In this document: positions 43,998-53,715 of the stretch, piece by piece
Layout: every line of letters starts with the position of its first letter
How positions within the stretch are numbered: the stretch's first letter is position 1
Source: Solirubrobacteraceae bacterium
Lineage (GTDB): Bacteria; Actinomycetota; Thermoleophilia; Solirubrobacterales; Solirubrobacteraceae
NCBI GenBank assembly: GCA_035571915.1
Contig: DATNBM010000093.1
Coordinates: 24,237-88,236 of the forward strand
Reading direction: 5' to 3'
Length of the DNA: 64,000 nucleotides
Program-made: the position numbers and the translations under genes
Notes under the pieces: generated by a model
Seen by the model: only the letters and a program-made list of their open reading frames with translations
Database searches by the model: none
Told to the model about the DNA's origin: nothing

Positions 43998-44145
43998 GCC
44001 TCCTACGTCGCAGTCAAGCGGCGTCTGCGGCAGTGCGCCTCGAGGGCGAGGCGGAGTGGGCTCTGCATTGGAGAATGCGCCTGAGGAGCCCGTTCACCTC
44101 CCGGGATCGCCTACCGCGGTCCATCGAAGCGAGGAGGACTCGAGG

Positions 44146-45675
44146 ATGCCGTCCAGAGGGAGTATCAGCTCGCGTGGCGCGCTCGGCGCCGGTCGCGCGC
44201 GATACGTGATCGGCGCCGTGCTCGCGGTCGTCGCGTTCTGCGCGATGACCGCTACCGCGCTTGCCGCGAAAACGCCGCACGTCAACATCGTCAGCCAGTC
44301 CGGCCCGCCGGAAGGTCCGATCCCGCCGAACACGTCGTACTACACGACGATCCAGGCGGCGGTCAACGCGACGCGCCGCAACTACGGCGACTGGGTCCTG
44401 GTCGAGCCCGGCACCTACGACGAAGAAGTCCTCGTCACGAGCGCCCACAGCGGAATCCACATCCGCGGGATGGACCGCAACACCGTGATCCTCGACGGCA
44501 AAGGCGAAGCCGCCCCCGGCGGCAGCAACGGGATCGAGGTCCTGAAGACCAACAACGTCTCGATCGAAAACATGACTGCGCGCAACTACGACCGTCCGAG
44601 CCCCGACGGGCCGGAGGGCAACGCCTTCTACTGGGACGGCGGCGAGGGCTCCGAAAAGGAGGGCGCGCACGGATGGGTCGGCAAGTACCTGACCGCCTAC
44701 GACACGACGATGAACGGCGGCTACGGGATCTTCACCCAGAACGAGAAGGAAGGCGAATGGGAAAACATCTACGCCTCCGGCTACAACGACTCGGGCATCT
44801 ACCTGGGCGCGTGCTGGGAATGTAAAGCCCGTATCTCCAAAGCGACGATCGAATACAACGCGGTCGGCTACTCCGGGTCGAACTCCGGTGGGCGCCTCGT
44901 GATCGAAAAATCGACCTTCCGGCACAACTCCGCCGGGATCGTCCCGAACGGTGAAAACCCGGGCGACGGACCGCCGCCGCAGAACGGCATGTGCGACGCG
45001 CACAAACCGCACTCGCCGTACGTCAAGTTCACCTCCACGAACATCGCGCGCTGCACGATCTTCAAGGAAAACCTGATCACGGAAAACAACGACCTGGAAG
45101 TGCCCGCCAACCCGTCGACCGAAAAGGCGCCGTGGGGCGTCGGGGTCGAGCTTCCGGGCGACGCGGCCGACCTGATCGAAAACAACGTCATCTCCAAGAA
45201 CGTCAACAACGGCGTGCTCGGCTTCGAGTACCCCAACCCGTTCCCGCCCGAAGAAGGCTGCACGGCGGAACTGGAAGCCAAAGGCCTGTGCACGCGCACG
45301 ATCTTCTTCCAGCTGACGGGCAACAAGATCGCTGACAACACGTTCGAAGAAAACGGCACCAGCGGCGCCGAATTCGCGAGCGACATCACGCTGCAAGGCG
45401 GGATCTACCCCTACCACTCGCACACGTCGAACAACAACTGCGTGAGCGGCAACACGATCACCGGCGGCACGTTCCCGGCGAACATCGAAGGGACGTGGGG
45501 CTGCCAGAACACGACGACGCCGCCGCCGAACAACGGCCTCGCGGCGATCGGCTACCTGGTGATCCTCTCCGAAGAGTCGGCGCTGCGCAAAGCTGTCCCG
45601 CAGGCCGCGCCGCCGCCGCAGGAAACGATGCCCAAACCGTGCGAAGGCGTTCCGAGCAACCCGCTCTGCCCGTAA
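44146..45675 (+). CDS. Secreted right-handed parallel beta-helix repeat protein
   Basis: Signal peptide (ALA-A), TIQAAV...GD.VLV.PGTY.E, D.GIY.G, Asn-rich repeats and several Cys pairs. Confidence 0.8.
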   Translation: MPSRGSISSRGALGAGRARYVIGAVLAVVAFCAMTATALAAKTPHVNIVSQSGPPEGPIPPNTSYYTTIQAAVNATRRNYGDWVLVEPGTYDEEVLVTSAHSGIHIRGMDRNTVILDGKGEAAPGGSNGIEVLKTNNVSIENMTARNYDRPSPDGPEGNAFYWDGGEGSEKEGAHGWVGKYLTAYDTTMNGGYGIFTQNEKEGEWENIYASGYNDSGIYLGACWECKARISKATIEYNAVGYSGSNSGGRLVIEKSTFRHNSAGIVPNGENPGDGPPPQNGMCDAHKPHSPYVKFTSTNIARCTIFKENLITENNDLEVPANPSTEKAPWGVGVELPGDAADLIENNVISKNVNNGVLGFEYPNPFPPEEGCTAELEAKGLCTRTIFFQLTGNKIADNTFEENGTSGAEFASDITLQGGIYPYHSHTSNNNCVSGNTITGGTFPANIEGTWGCQNTTTPPPNNGLAAIGYLVILSEESALRKAVPQAAPPPQETMPKPCEGVPSNPLCP

Positions 45676-45700
45676 CGCTCTGAGCACCTGAGCAGCACTT

Positions 45701-45739
45701 CGCCGGCGCCGTCTCCCGACTCGGGGGGCGGCGCCGGCG
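45701..45739. terminator. GC-rich hairpin between convergent genes
   Basis: cgccggcgccgtctccc...ggggggcggcgccggcg. Confidence 0.6.
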
Positions 45740-45763
45740 TCGTTCAGGCGCTTGCGCCGCGGC

Positions 45764-47128
45764 CTACGTGTGGGGCCTCTCGCCGCGAGCGAGGGCGGCG
45801 AACCGCTCGCCGCGCTCCTCGAAGTCTCGGAAGCCGTCGTAGCTGGGGGCGGCGGGTGAGAGCAGCACGACCGCGCCTGAAGCGGCGAGGTCGCGGGCGC
45901 TCGCGACGGCCGCCTCGAGGCTCTCGGCGCGAACGGCCCGCTCGCCGGGCAGCCCCGCCCGCAGCGCCGCTTCGAGGAGCCTCGGCCCGGTGGTCCCGAT
46001 CGCGACGAGCGTCGCGTCTCGTCGCGCCAGGGCCGCGCCCAGCTCGCCGTAGTCCTGTCCGCGGTCCTGGCCCCCGCCGAGCAGCACGAGCGGCCGGTCG
46101 GGAAAGCTCGCGAGGGCCGCGAGCGCAGACTCGGGGGTCGTCGAGATCGAATCGTCGACCCAGGTCAGCCCGTCGCGCTCGGCGACGGTCTGCAGGCGAT
46201 GGGGGAGGGGGGTGAAGCCGGCGAGCGCCCCGGCGAGCGCCCCGGGCAGCTCGGGCAGGGCGAGGCCCGCCGCCTGCAGCGCGCACAGCGCCGCGCACAG
46301 GTTCATCGCGTTGTGCTCGCCCGGCAGCGGCAGCTCGGCGGCGCTCACGCGCGGCTCCCCCGCGAAGGCGACGCCTCCGTCGCGCACGTCCCACCCCTGC
46401 GGCTGCCCGAAGAGGTGGCGCGCCCCGCGCGCCGGCGCCGACGCAAGCTCCGGCGGGTGCGCCGGGAGCACCGCCTGCTCGACTCCCGGCAGGGTGAGCA
46501 GGCGGAGCTTCTCCTCGCGGTACACGCGCTCGGAGCCATGCCAGTCGGCGTGCTCGGCGAAGAGGTTCGTGACGACGGCCACCTGGGGACCGGCCGCGAG
46601 GTCGGCGACCTGGTAGCTGGAGAGCTCGACGATCACGGGGGCGTCGCCGGCGGCGTCGAGCAGGTCGAGAGCCGGGCGGCCGATGTTGCCGCCGAGCTCG
46701 GCGGGCGCGCCGGCGGCCCTGGCGAGGTGGTGGGCGAGCGCGGCGGTCGTCGACTTGCCCTTCGTGCCCGTGACGCCGATCACGCCGTCCCCGCCTCGCT
46801 CGGCGAGCCACAGCGAGGTCGCGGTCGTGACCGGCACGCCGCGCTCCTTCAGCTCGATGATCTCCGGCCGGTGGATCGAGACCCCGGGAGAGCGGACGAC
46901 GGCGTCGCACGTGGCAAGCGCCGCGACGGCCTCCTCGCCGGGACCCACGACGCGGACGCCGGGAGCGGCCAGCGCCGCCGCCACGTCGAAGGAGGGAGGC
47001 TCGTCGAAGACCGCGACCGCGATCGCCGCGGCGGGCAGGCGCTCGGCGAGCCGCGTCGCGAAGGAGACGATCTCCCGGCCGGCTCCCCACACGCCCACGC
47101 GGGTGCCGTCAAGCTGCGAGAACCGCAC
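45764..47128 (-). CDS. murD2: UDP-MurNAc-L-Ala--L-glutamate ligase (MurD2)
   Basis: GVTGTKGKSTT, ELSSYQ, HADWH, DDS.ST and LLSPAAPS; overlaps murL. Confidence 0.85.
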   Translation of the reverse strand: MRFSQLDGTRVGVWGAGREIVSFATRLAERLPAAAIAVAVFDEPPSFDVAAALAAPGVRVVGPGEEAVAALATCDAVVRSPGVSIHRPEIIELKERGVPVTTATSLWLAERGGDGVIGVTGTKGKSTTAALAHHLARAAGAPAELGGNIGRPALDLLDAAGDAPVIVELSSYQVADLAAGPQVAVVTNLFAEHADWHGSERVYREEKLRLLTLPGVEQAVLPAHPPELASAPARGARHLFGQPQGWDVRDGGVAFAGEPRVSAAELPLPGEHNAMNLCAALCALQAAGLALPELPGALAGALAGFTPLPHRLQTVAERDGLTWVDDSISTTPESALAALASFPDRPLVLLGGGQDRGQDYGELGAALARRDATLVAIGTTGPRLLEAALRAGLPGERAVRAESLEAAVASARDLAASGAVVLLSPAAPSYDGFRDFEERGERFAALARGERPHT

Positions 47129-48494
47129 GCACCCCGTCCATCAGGACCTCCGGCACGTCGTGCTCGTCGGACAGCGCGAGCACCCGCTGCGGGTCGCCCT
47201 CGGCGGCAGGACGAGAAGGCAGCACCTCCGCGGCGAGACGCCGCACGACCGCATGGTCGCGCCAGCGCTCATCGGCGGCGAGCAGGCGGATCGCCGCGAT
47301 CGACTCCTGCTCCTCGCCGACGCACTCGAACGGCTTGTGCCCGCCGCTGGCGGCGAGCAGCGCGAAGCCCTCGTACTGAGCCTCGTCGGCGAGCAGGTCG
47401 GCGCCGAAGATCTCGGCGAGGTGCGCGGGCTCGGTGAACGGCGCCATCGCGAGGTACACGAAGCGGCACTTGGGGCAGTCCCGGCACCACGAGGAGGCGC
47501 GCAGGGCGGGGTCGATGCGGAAGATCGCGTTGCAGCTCGTGAAGGCACGGTGGTACTGCGGCAGTGCGGCGAACGCGCGCGCGATCGCAAGCTCCGAGGC
47601 GGGGCGCAGGACCGAGAGCTGGCGCACCGGAGCACCCGCCTCGTCGACCGCCGCGCCGAGCAGCCGCTCCGCCGCGAGCCCCTTGCTGTACTGGTGGTTG
47701 ACCTCGACGCCGTCGAAGCGCAGGTTCCCGGCGGAGGCCGAGCGCTCGTTTGCCATCGCGACGGTGTCGAGCCCGTGGATCGCCGCGGTCAGCATCGCCA
47801 CGCAGGTCACGATCGCGGTCACCGGGACGTGCCCGTTGATCGCTCCGGCCGCGTTCAGCTCGAACAGCAGCGGATCGAGCTCGCGTCGGGCGATCAGGCG
47901 GGGCAGCCCGGCGACCTCGGCCGTCCGCGCGATCGGCGCCGCGTCGCCGATCGAGAACAGCACGGTCTCGAGGCCGCTGCGGCGCACCGCCTCGATCGCG
48001 ACGGCCGAGTCCTTGCCCCCGCCGACCGGGACGAGCACGCGGCGTGGGGGGACGGCGTCTCCGGCCGCCGCGACGGGCCTGCCCGCCGGCGCCTGCGTGC
48101 GGCCGAAGCGCGGCCGGGGCAGCTCGGGCAGGCGGTTGACGTACGCGAGCTCGCCGAGTCCCTCGGAGTAGAGCGCCTCGAGCAGCGCGACCGCCGCGGG
48201 GCCCGGTTCGGGACCCGGCCCGTAGCCGATCTCCGGCGGCAGCGCGGCCTTGTAGTAGCTGACCCCCGCGACCCAGTGCAGCAGCGAGAGCAGGCCATCG
48301 AGCGCGCCGCCGGGATCGCCGTCGAAGCCGGGCGGCACGGGGAGGACGATCCGCTCGGCGAACTCGAGATCCTCGCCTAGGGCGTAGCGCAACGTGACCG
48401 TGCCGCTCGGGTCGACGTCGCGCGAGAGGAACCGGAAGCTCCCGATCGCGGCGGGGTCGAAGGCGACCGTCGGCTGGCTTGCCGGCATCTGCAT
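47109..48494 (-). CDS. murL: UDP-MurNAc-L-Ala-L-Glu epimerase MurL
   Basis: GVSYYKA, GGGKDS, NGHVP.T, NE.SA, VNHQYSK, F.SCN, WC..CPKC and KPFECVGE. Confidence 0.88.
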   Translation of the reverse strand: MQMPASQPTVAFDPAAIGSFRFLSRDVDPSGTVTLRYALGEDLEFAERIVLPVPPGFDGDPGGALDGLLSLLHWVAGVSYYKAALPPEIGYGPGPEPGPAAVALLEALYSEGLGELAYVNRLPELPRPRFGRTQAPAGRPVAAAGDAVPPRRVLVPVGGGKDSAVAIEAVRRSGLETVLFSIGDAAPIARTAEVAGLPRLIARRELDPLLFELNAAGAINGHVPVTAIVTCVAMLTAAIHGLDTVAMANERSASAGNLRFDGVEVNHQYSKGLAAERLLGAAVDEAGAPVRQLSVLRPASELAIARAFAALPQYHRAFTSCNAIFRIDPALRASSWCRDCPKCRFVYLAMAPFTEPAHLAEIFGADLLADEAQYEGFALLAASGGHKPFECVGEEQESIAAIRLLAADERWRDHAVVRRLAAEVLPSRPAAEGDPQRVLALSDEHDVPEVLMDGVRAVLAA

Positions 48495-48587
48495 CCCGAT
48501 CAGCCTAGAAGCGACGCCGACGGACGACCGGCCGGCATAGAGCCCCGGCGGCGGGCGCTCGGCGGCCCGCGGCGCGGGCGCAGCGCC

Positions 48588-49889
48588 TCAGTCGTTCGCG
48601 GTGACGGTCTCGAGCAGCTCCGCGAAGCGCTCGCGGGAGCGCGCCCGGCGGGTCGGCAGGTGCTCGCTCGGCACGCCGTCGGCGGGCGCCTCGTAGCCCG
48701 CGAGGATGTGGCGCGCGACCGACTGACGGTGCACCTCGTCGGGGCCGTCGTAGATGCGCGCGGCGCGGGCGAAGCGGTACATCTGCTCGAGCGGCAGGTC
48801 GGTCGAGTAGCCGAGCGAGCCGTGCAGCTGGAGCGCCCTGTCGACGACGTCGTGCAGCACCTTCGCACCGAAGAACTTGATCAGCGCGACCTGCGTGCGG
48901 GCCGCGCTCGCTCCCTGCGTGTCCATCGTCCAGGCCGCGTGGAGGGTCATCAGCCGCGCCGCCTGCATCTCGGCGGCGCTGTCGGCGATCCAGTTCTGGA
49001 CGGTCTGCTTCTGGGCCAGCAGCGAGCCGTGCGCGTGACGGTAGGTCGCGCGCTCGCACATCATGTCGAAGGCGCGGCGGGCGACGCCGAGCCAGCGCAT
49101 GCAGTGGTGGATGCGCCCCGGGACGAGGCGGTGCTGGGCGAGGATGAAGCCCTCGCCGTCGCCGCCGAGCAGCGCCTCCGCGGGGACGCGCGCGCCCTCG
49201 TAGGCGATTTCGGCGTGGCCGCCGTAGGCGCCGAAGCTCTCCCACGGGTGCTCCATCGTGGGCACGTCGCGGAGGATCTCGACGCCGGGCGTGTCGACCG
49301 GGACGATGAACATCGAGGCGCGCTGCGAGGGCCGCGCCTCGGGGTTCGTCACCGCCATCACGATCAGGAAGTCCGCGATCGAGGCGTTCGAGGAGAACCA
49401 CTTGCGACCGCTGATGACCCACTCCTCGCCGTCGCGTTCGGCCCGCGTCGCGAGCTGCGTCGGGTCGGACCCGGGCGTGTGCGGCTCGGTCATGCTGAAG
49501 GCGCTGCGCAGGTCGCCCGCGAGCAGCGGGTGCAGCCAGCGGTCCTTCTGCTCCTCGGTGCCGGCGAGCGCGATCAGCTCGGAGTTGCCGGAGTCCGGCG
49601 CGGCGTTTCCGAAGGCGAGCGGCGCGATCGGCGAGGTGCCGAGGATCTCGTGCATGAGGCCGAGGCGGACCTGCCCCATCCCCTGACCGCCGAGCTCCGG
49701 CGGCAGGTGCGTCGCCCACAACCCGCGCTCCTTGACGCGCTCCTGCAGCGGCGCAAGCGCCCGGGTCAGGCCGTCCAGACCGAGCTCGTGCCAGATCGCC
49801 TCGAGCGGCCAGATCTCCTCGCGCACCAGCTCGTCCATCCAGTCGAGCTGCTCCTGAAACTCGGGCTCGGTCTGAAAGTCCCAGCTCAT
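48588..49889 (-). CDS. Acyl-CoA dehydrogenase
   Basis: FSMTEP...GSD, GRKWFSS and ARIYDGPDEVH. Confidence 0.93.
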   Translation of the reverse strand: MSWDFQTEPEFQEQLDWMDELVREEIWPLEAIWHELGLDGLTRALAPLQERVKERGLWATHLPPELGGQGMGQVRLGLMHEILGTSPIAPLAFGNAAPDSGNSELIALAGTEEQKDRWLHPLLAGDLRSAFSMTEPHTPGSDPTQLATRAERDGEEWVISGRKWFSSNASIADFLIVMAVTNPEARPSQRASMFIVPVDTPGVEILRDVPTMEHPWESFGAYGGHAEIAYEGARVPAEALLGGDGEGFILAQHRLVPGRIHHCMRWLGVARRAFDMMCERATYRHAHGSLLAQKQTVQNWIADSAAEMQAARLMTLHAAWTMDTQGASAARTQVALIKFFGAKVLHDVVDRALQLHGSLGYSTDLPLEQMYRFARAARIYDGPDEVHRQSVARHILAGYEAPADGVPSEHLPTRRARSRERFAELLETVTAND

Positions 49890-50004
49890 CGCTCGCTTCC
49901 TTTCCCTCGGGTCACTCCGGCGCGGAATCCGCACGACAGACTACGTGCTATCAACCAATTGCGCCCGGCCTGTGGCCCCGAACGAGGAGAGAGGACTCCA
50001 GACG

Positions 50005-50400
50005 ATGAACGACGATCCGAAACTTGTCGAGGGGGTCGACTTCGTGTCGCTCTCGACCCACGACCTGGAGGCCGCCGCGAAGTTCTACGGCGAGACGCTC
50101 GGCCTGCCTCGAACCGTGTTCATGCCCGAGCGCAACTACTCCGAGTTCGAGACCGGCAACCTCACGCTCAGCCTGATCGACGGCGAGAAGATGGGCATCG
50201 GGCACCGTGTCAGCGAGAACGCGATCGCGCTCCACGTCGCCGACGTGGCCCAGGCGCGGGAGACGCTCGAAGCGCGCGGCGTCGCCTTCCACGCGGACAC
50301 GCTCGACACCGGCGTCTGCCACATGGCGTTCTTCGCCGACCCCGACGGCAACCAGCTGATGCTCCATCACCGCTACGCGCCTCGTCAGACGGGAGGCTGA
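50005..50400 (+). CDS. VOC/glyoxalase family protein
   Basis: FYGETLGL, IALHV.DV and F.DPDGN. Confidence 0.9.
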   Translation: MNDDPKLVEGVDFVSLSTHDLEAAAKFYGETLGLPRTVFMPERNYSEFETGNLTLSLIDGEKMGIGHRVSENAIALHVADVAQARETLEARGVAFHADTLDTGVCHMAFFADPDGNQLMLHHRYAPRQTGG

Positions 50401-50403
50401 GCG

Positions 50404-51234
50404 GTGACGGGCGCGGCCGCACTGCGGACCGTCCTGCTGCCCGGCTCGCGCGCGCTGCTCGACTATCACGCGGCCGAGCTGCCGCAGCGCGACGATCTCT
50501 GCGGCGCGTTCTGCGGCGCGCTCGCGCTGAACGCCGCGGGGATCGCCGAGGCGCGCGGCGAACCGGCCGACCAGGACGCGGTCGCGCTCGCCGCCGGCTC
50601 GATCGTCTCGACCACGCGCGACCCGGCAACGCTCCCGGGCGGCAAAGGCGGCAGGAGGGACTACCGCCTGGCGATCCCCACGATCGACGATCCCGACGTC
50701 TCCGGCACGACCGCCGAGGGGGTCGCGCGGGCGATCGACGAGCTCGGGGGCGGGGCGGTCACGGCGATCCCCTACCACGGGCCGTGGACACCCGAGACGC
50801 TGGACGGGCTGTTCGACGCGGCGGCCGGGCTCTCGGAGCCGGTCACCCTCATCGCCAACCTCGCCACCCATCATCTGTGGGGCGCCGGGGCGACGCCGGC
50901 GCAGCTGCTGGCCCACCTCTGCGACGGCTCGCTCGACGGGCCGCCGCCGGACTGGGACGTCGGCCACTTCTCCTGCGTGGTGGCGTGCACCGAAGGTCCC
51001 GGCGGGCGGCTCTACGCCGTCGCCGACACCTACCCGGCGCTCGGCGACCACGGCGTCCACCTGCAACCCCGCGAGCGGCTCGCGGCGGCGATCGCCCGCG
51101 TCGACAAGCCGGCCGGCGGCGTCCTGGCGGTCGTCTCGCGCGGGGAGGCCGAGCGGCTGCGCGACGCGGCGCATGCGCTCGGTCTGGCGGAGGGGTTGTG
51201 GGACAACGGAACGGTGACGGAGCGGGCGGCATGA
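50404..51234 (+). CDS. Uncharacterised papain-like (C39/phytochelatin-synthase-like) Cys protein
   Basis: Q-x4-CG (PQRDDLCG), GHF and VADTY resemble a Gln/Cys-His-Asp set. Confidence 0.55.
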   Translation: MTGAAALRTVLLPGSRALLDYHAAELPQRDDLCGAFCGALALNAAGIAEARGEPADQDAVALAAGSIVSTTRDPATLPGGKGGRRDYRLAIPTIDDPDVSGTTAEGVARAIDELGGGAVTAIPYHGPWTPETLDGLFDAAAGLSEPVTLIANLATHHLWGAGATPAQLLAHLCDGSLDGPPPDWDVGHFSCVVACTEGPGGRLYAVADTYPALGDHGVHLQPRERLAAAIARVDKPAGGVLAVVSRGEAERLRDAAHALGLAEGLWDNGTVTERAA

Positions 51235-52544
51235 GCACGGCCGAGCTCGTCGCGCTCGTCGCGTGCGACCTCGGCGGGATCGTGCGCGGGCGGGCCGTCT
51301 TCGCGAGCGAGCTGCAGGAGCACTTCGGCGCGGGCATCGGGTGGGTCCCGGCGAACCTCGCGCTGACCCCGCTCGGCCCGCTGGCCGAACCGAACCCGTT
51401 CGGCTCGACGGGCGACTTGCGACTGCTCCCCGACGCGGAGACCCACGTGCGGGTCGGCGCCGAGCCGGGCGAGCTCCCGCTCGAGCTCGTGCTGTGCGAC
51501 ATCGTGCACACCGACGGGGCGCCGTGGAGCTGCTGCCCGCGGGACTTCCTCAGGCGCGCGCTGGCCGACCTGCGCGAGCGGGCGGGCGCGGTCCTCGCGG
51601 CGAGCTTCGAGCACGAGTTCCAGCTGATCCGCTCCGAGCGCTCGCCGGTGCCCTTCTCGCTGGCGGCGATGCGCGCGGCCGAGCCGTTCGCGACGGCGGT
51701 GATGGGCGCCCTCATGGAGGCGGGGGTCGAGCCGGAGCGCTTCTTCGCGGAGTTCGCCTCGCACCAGTTCGAGATCCCCGTCGCGCCCGCCGGCGGCGTC
51801 GCGGCGGCGGACCGCGCGGTCGTGCTGCGCGAGATCGTCCGCGAGATCGCCCGGCGCGGGGACATGCGGGCGACGTTCGTCCCGCTGCTCGACCCCGAGG
51901 AGGCCGGCAACGGCGTCCACGTCCACGTCAGCCTCGCCGCGACCGACGGTCGGCCGCTGCTGTACGACCCCGCACGGCCCGGCTGCCTGAGCGAGCTGGG
52001 CGGGAGCTTCGCGGCAGGCGTGCTCGCCCACGCGGGCGCGCTGAGCGCGATCTGCGCGCCGTCGCCGGTCTCGGGCGAGCGCCTGCGCCCGCACCACTGG
52101 AGCGCGGGCGCCGCCTGTCTCGGTGAGCGCAACAGGGAAGCCCTGCTGCGGATCCCGCCGCTGGTCGCCGCCGGCGGGGGCGAGCCGGCGGGGCAGATGC
52201 GTCTGGAGTACCGCGGCGCGGACGCCGCCGCGAACCCGTATCTCGTGCTGGGAGCGATCGTGCGAGCGGGCCTTGAGGGCATCGAGGCCGGACTGGCGGC
52301 CCCGCCGCTGCTCGAGCGCGACCCCGCGACGCTCGACCCCGGGGAGGCGGAGCGCTTCGGCGTGGGCGCGCTGCCGTCCTCCCTGTCGGAGGCACTGGAG
52401 GCGCTCGAGGCAGACGAGAGCGTTCGGGACTGGCTCGGCCCGGAGCTGCTCGGCGCCTACGTGAGCCTCAAGCGGGGGGAGCTGGAGGCGGCCGGGACGA
52501 TGGACCTCGCGGAAAGCTGCGCGCGTTATGCCGAGGCCTACTGA
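51231..52544 (+). CDS. Glutamine-synthetase-like gamma-glutamyl ligase
   Basis: GWVPAN..LTP, GDLRLLPD, FEHEF, GNGVHVHVS, NREA.LRI and EYR.ADA.ANPYL. Confidence 0.9.
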   Translation: MSTAELVALVACDLGGIVRGRAVFASELQEHFGAGIGWVPANLALTPLGPLAEPNPFGSTGDLRLLPDAETHVRVGAEPGELPLELVLCDIVHTDGAPWSCCPRDFLRRALADLRERAGAVLAASFEHEFQLIRSERSPVPFSLAAMRAAEPFATAVMGALMEAGVEPERFFAEFASHQFEIPVAPAGGVAAADRAVVLREIVREIARRGDMRATFVPLLDPEEAGNGVHVHVSLAATDGRPLLYDPARPGCLSELGGSFAAGVLAHAGALSAICAPSPVSGERLRPHHWSAGAACLGERNREALLRIPPLVAAGGGEPAGQMRLEYRGADAAANPYLVLGAIVRAGLEGIEAGLAAPPLLERDPATLDPGEAERFGVGALPSSLSEALEALEADESVRDWLGPELLGAYVSLKRGELEAAGTMDLAESCARYAEAY

Positions 52545-53715
52545 GGCGAGCCTCGCCGCCCTGCTCGCGGCCCTTGAGGGCGAGCTGGAGGCGGCGGGGG
52601 AGCTGCGCCGGCGACTGCACGCGGCGCCCGAGCTGGCCCACGAGGAGCACGCCACCGCCGCGGCGCTCGCGCGGGCGCTGCCGGTGGCGGCGCAGACGGC
52701 CGCGGGCACCGGGCTGCTCGCGCTCGTCGCGGGGCCCGACCCTTCGGCGGCGCCGGTGGCGGTCCGCGCCGAGCTCGACGGACTGCCGATCGAGGAGCGG
52801 ACGGGCGCGCCCTTCAGCGCCCGCGGCGCCGCGATGCACGCCTGCGGGCACGACGTCCACATGGCCGCGCTGGTGGCGCTGACGCGCGCGGCGGCGAGCC
52901 TCGGCGAGCAGCTCCCCGCGCCGCTGCTCGCGGTCTTCCAGCCGAGCGAGGAGGCCTACCCGTCGGGCGCCCGGATGCTCGCCGAGGAGGCGCCCGCCCT
53001 GCGGGGCTCCCGGGCGGTCGTCGCGGCGCACATCCACCCCGAGCTGCCGTGGGGCTCGCTGGCGCTCGAGGAGGGCTCGGTCAACGCCTCCTGCGACGCG
53101 TTCGAGATCGTGATCGAGGGCCGCTCCACGCACGGCGCCTACCCGCACCGCGGGCGCGACCCGGTGCTGGCGCTGAGCGAGGCGGTGCTCGCGCTACACG
53201 CCGCGGCGGGACGCCGGATCGACCCGCTGCACCCGGCCTCGCTGACCGTCGGGGTGCTGTCCGCGGGGAGCGCCGAGAACGTCATCCCCGACCGTGCGAC
53301 CGCGCGGGGAGCGCTGCGCGCGCACCGGCCCGAGGACCGCGAGCTGCTGCGCGGTCTGTGCGCCGAGGTCGTGTCCGGCGTAGCGGCCGCCCACGGGTGC
53401 AGCGGCGAGGTGAGGATCACGCCGGGCGAGCCGCCGCTTCACAACGACGCGGCGATCGTCGCCGCGGGGGGTGAGCTGCTCGCCGCGGGGGGCTTCGCCC
53501 GCGCTCCCGCCTGGCGCTCGTGCGGATCTGATGACTTCTCGTTCTTCGGCGCCCTCGCGCCGGTCGCGATGGCGTTCGTCGGGCTGGACGGCGCGCCGGG
53601 CTTCGTGCCGCGCCCGCTGCACCATCCCGAGCTGCTCGCGCCCGAAGAGGCCGTCGCCGCGGTGGCGCGCGCGCAGGCGCTCATGTACGTCGCGGCGACG
53701 CAGGCGAGTCGATGA
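52528..53715 (+). CDS. M20D family amidohydrolase
   Basis: H..PEL..EE, RAELDGLP, MHACGHD.H, FQPSEE, HGA.PH and SDDF. Confidence 0.9.
   Translation: MPRPTEASLAALLAALEGELEAAGELRRRLHAAPELAHEEHATAAALARALPVAAQTAAGTGLLALVAGPDPSAAPVAVRAELDGLPIEERTGAPFSARGAAMHACGHDVHMAALVALTRAAASLGEQLPAPLLAVFQPSEEAYPSGARMLAEEAPALRGSRAVVAAHIHPELPWGSLALEEGSVNASCDAFEIVIEGRSTHGAYPHRGRDPVLALSEAVLALHAAAGRRIDPLHPASLTVGVLSAGSAENVIPDRATARGALRAHRPEDRELLRGLCAEVVSGVAAAHGCSGEVRITPGEPPLHNDAAIVAAGGELLAAGGFARAPAWRSCGSDDFSFFGALAPVAMAFVGLDGAPGFVPRPLHHPELLAPEEAVAAVARAQALMYVAATQASR

Noticed and set aside
48660-52544. Apparent 1294-aa giant GS fusion
   Set aside because: Only 51231-52544 is GS-like. The upstream part overlaps the acyl-CoA dehydrogenase antisense and two real genes in other frames.
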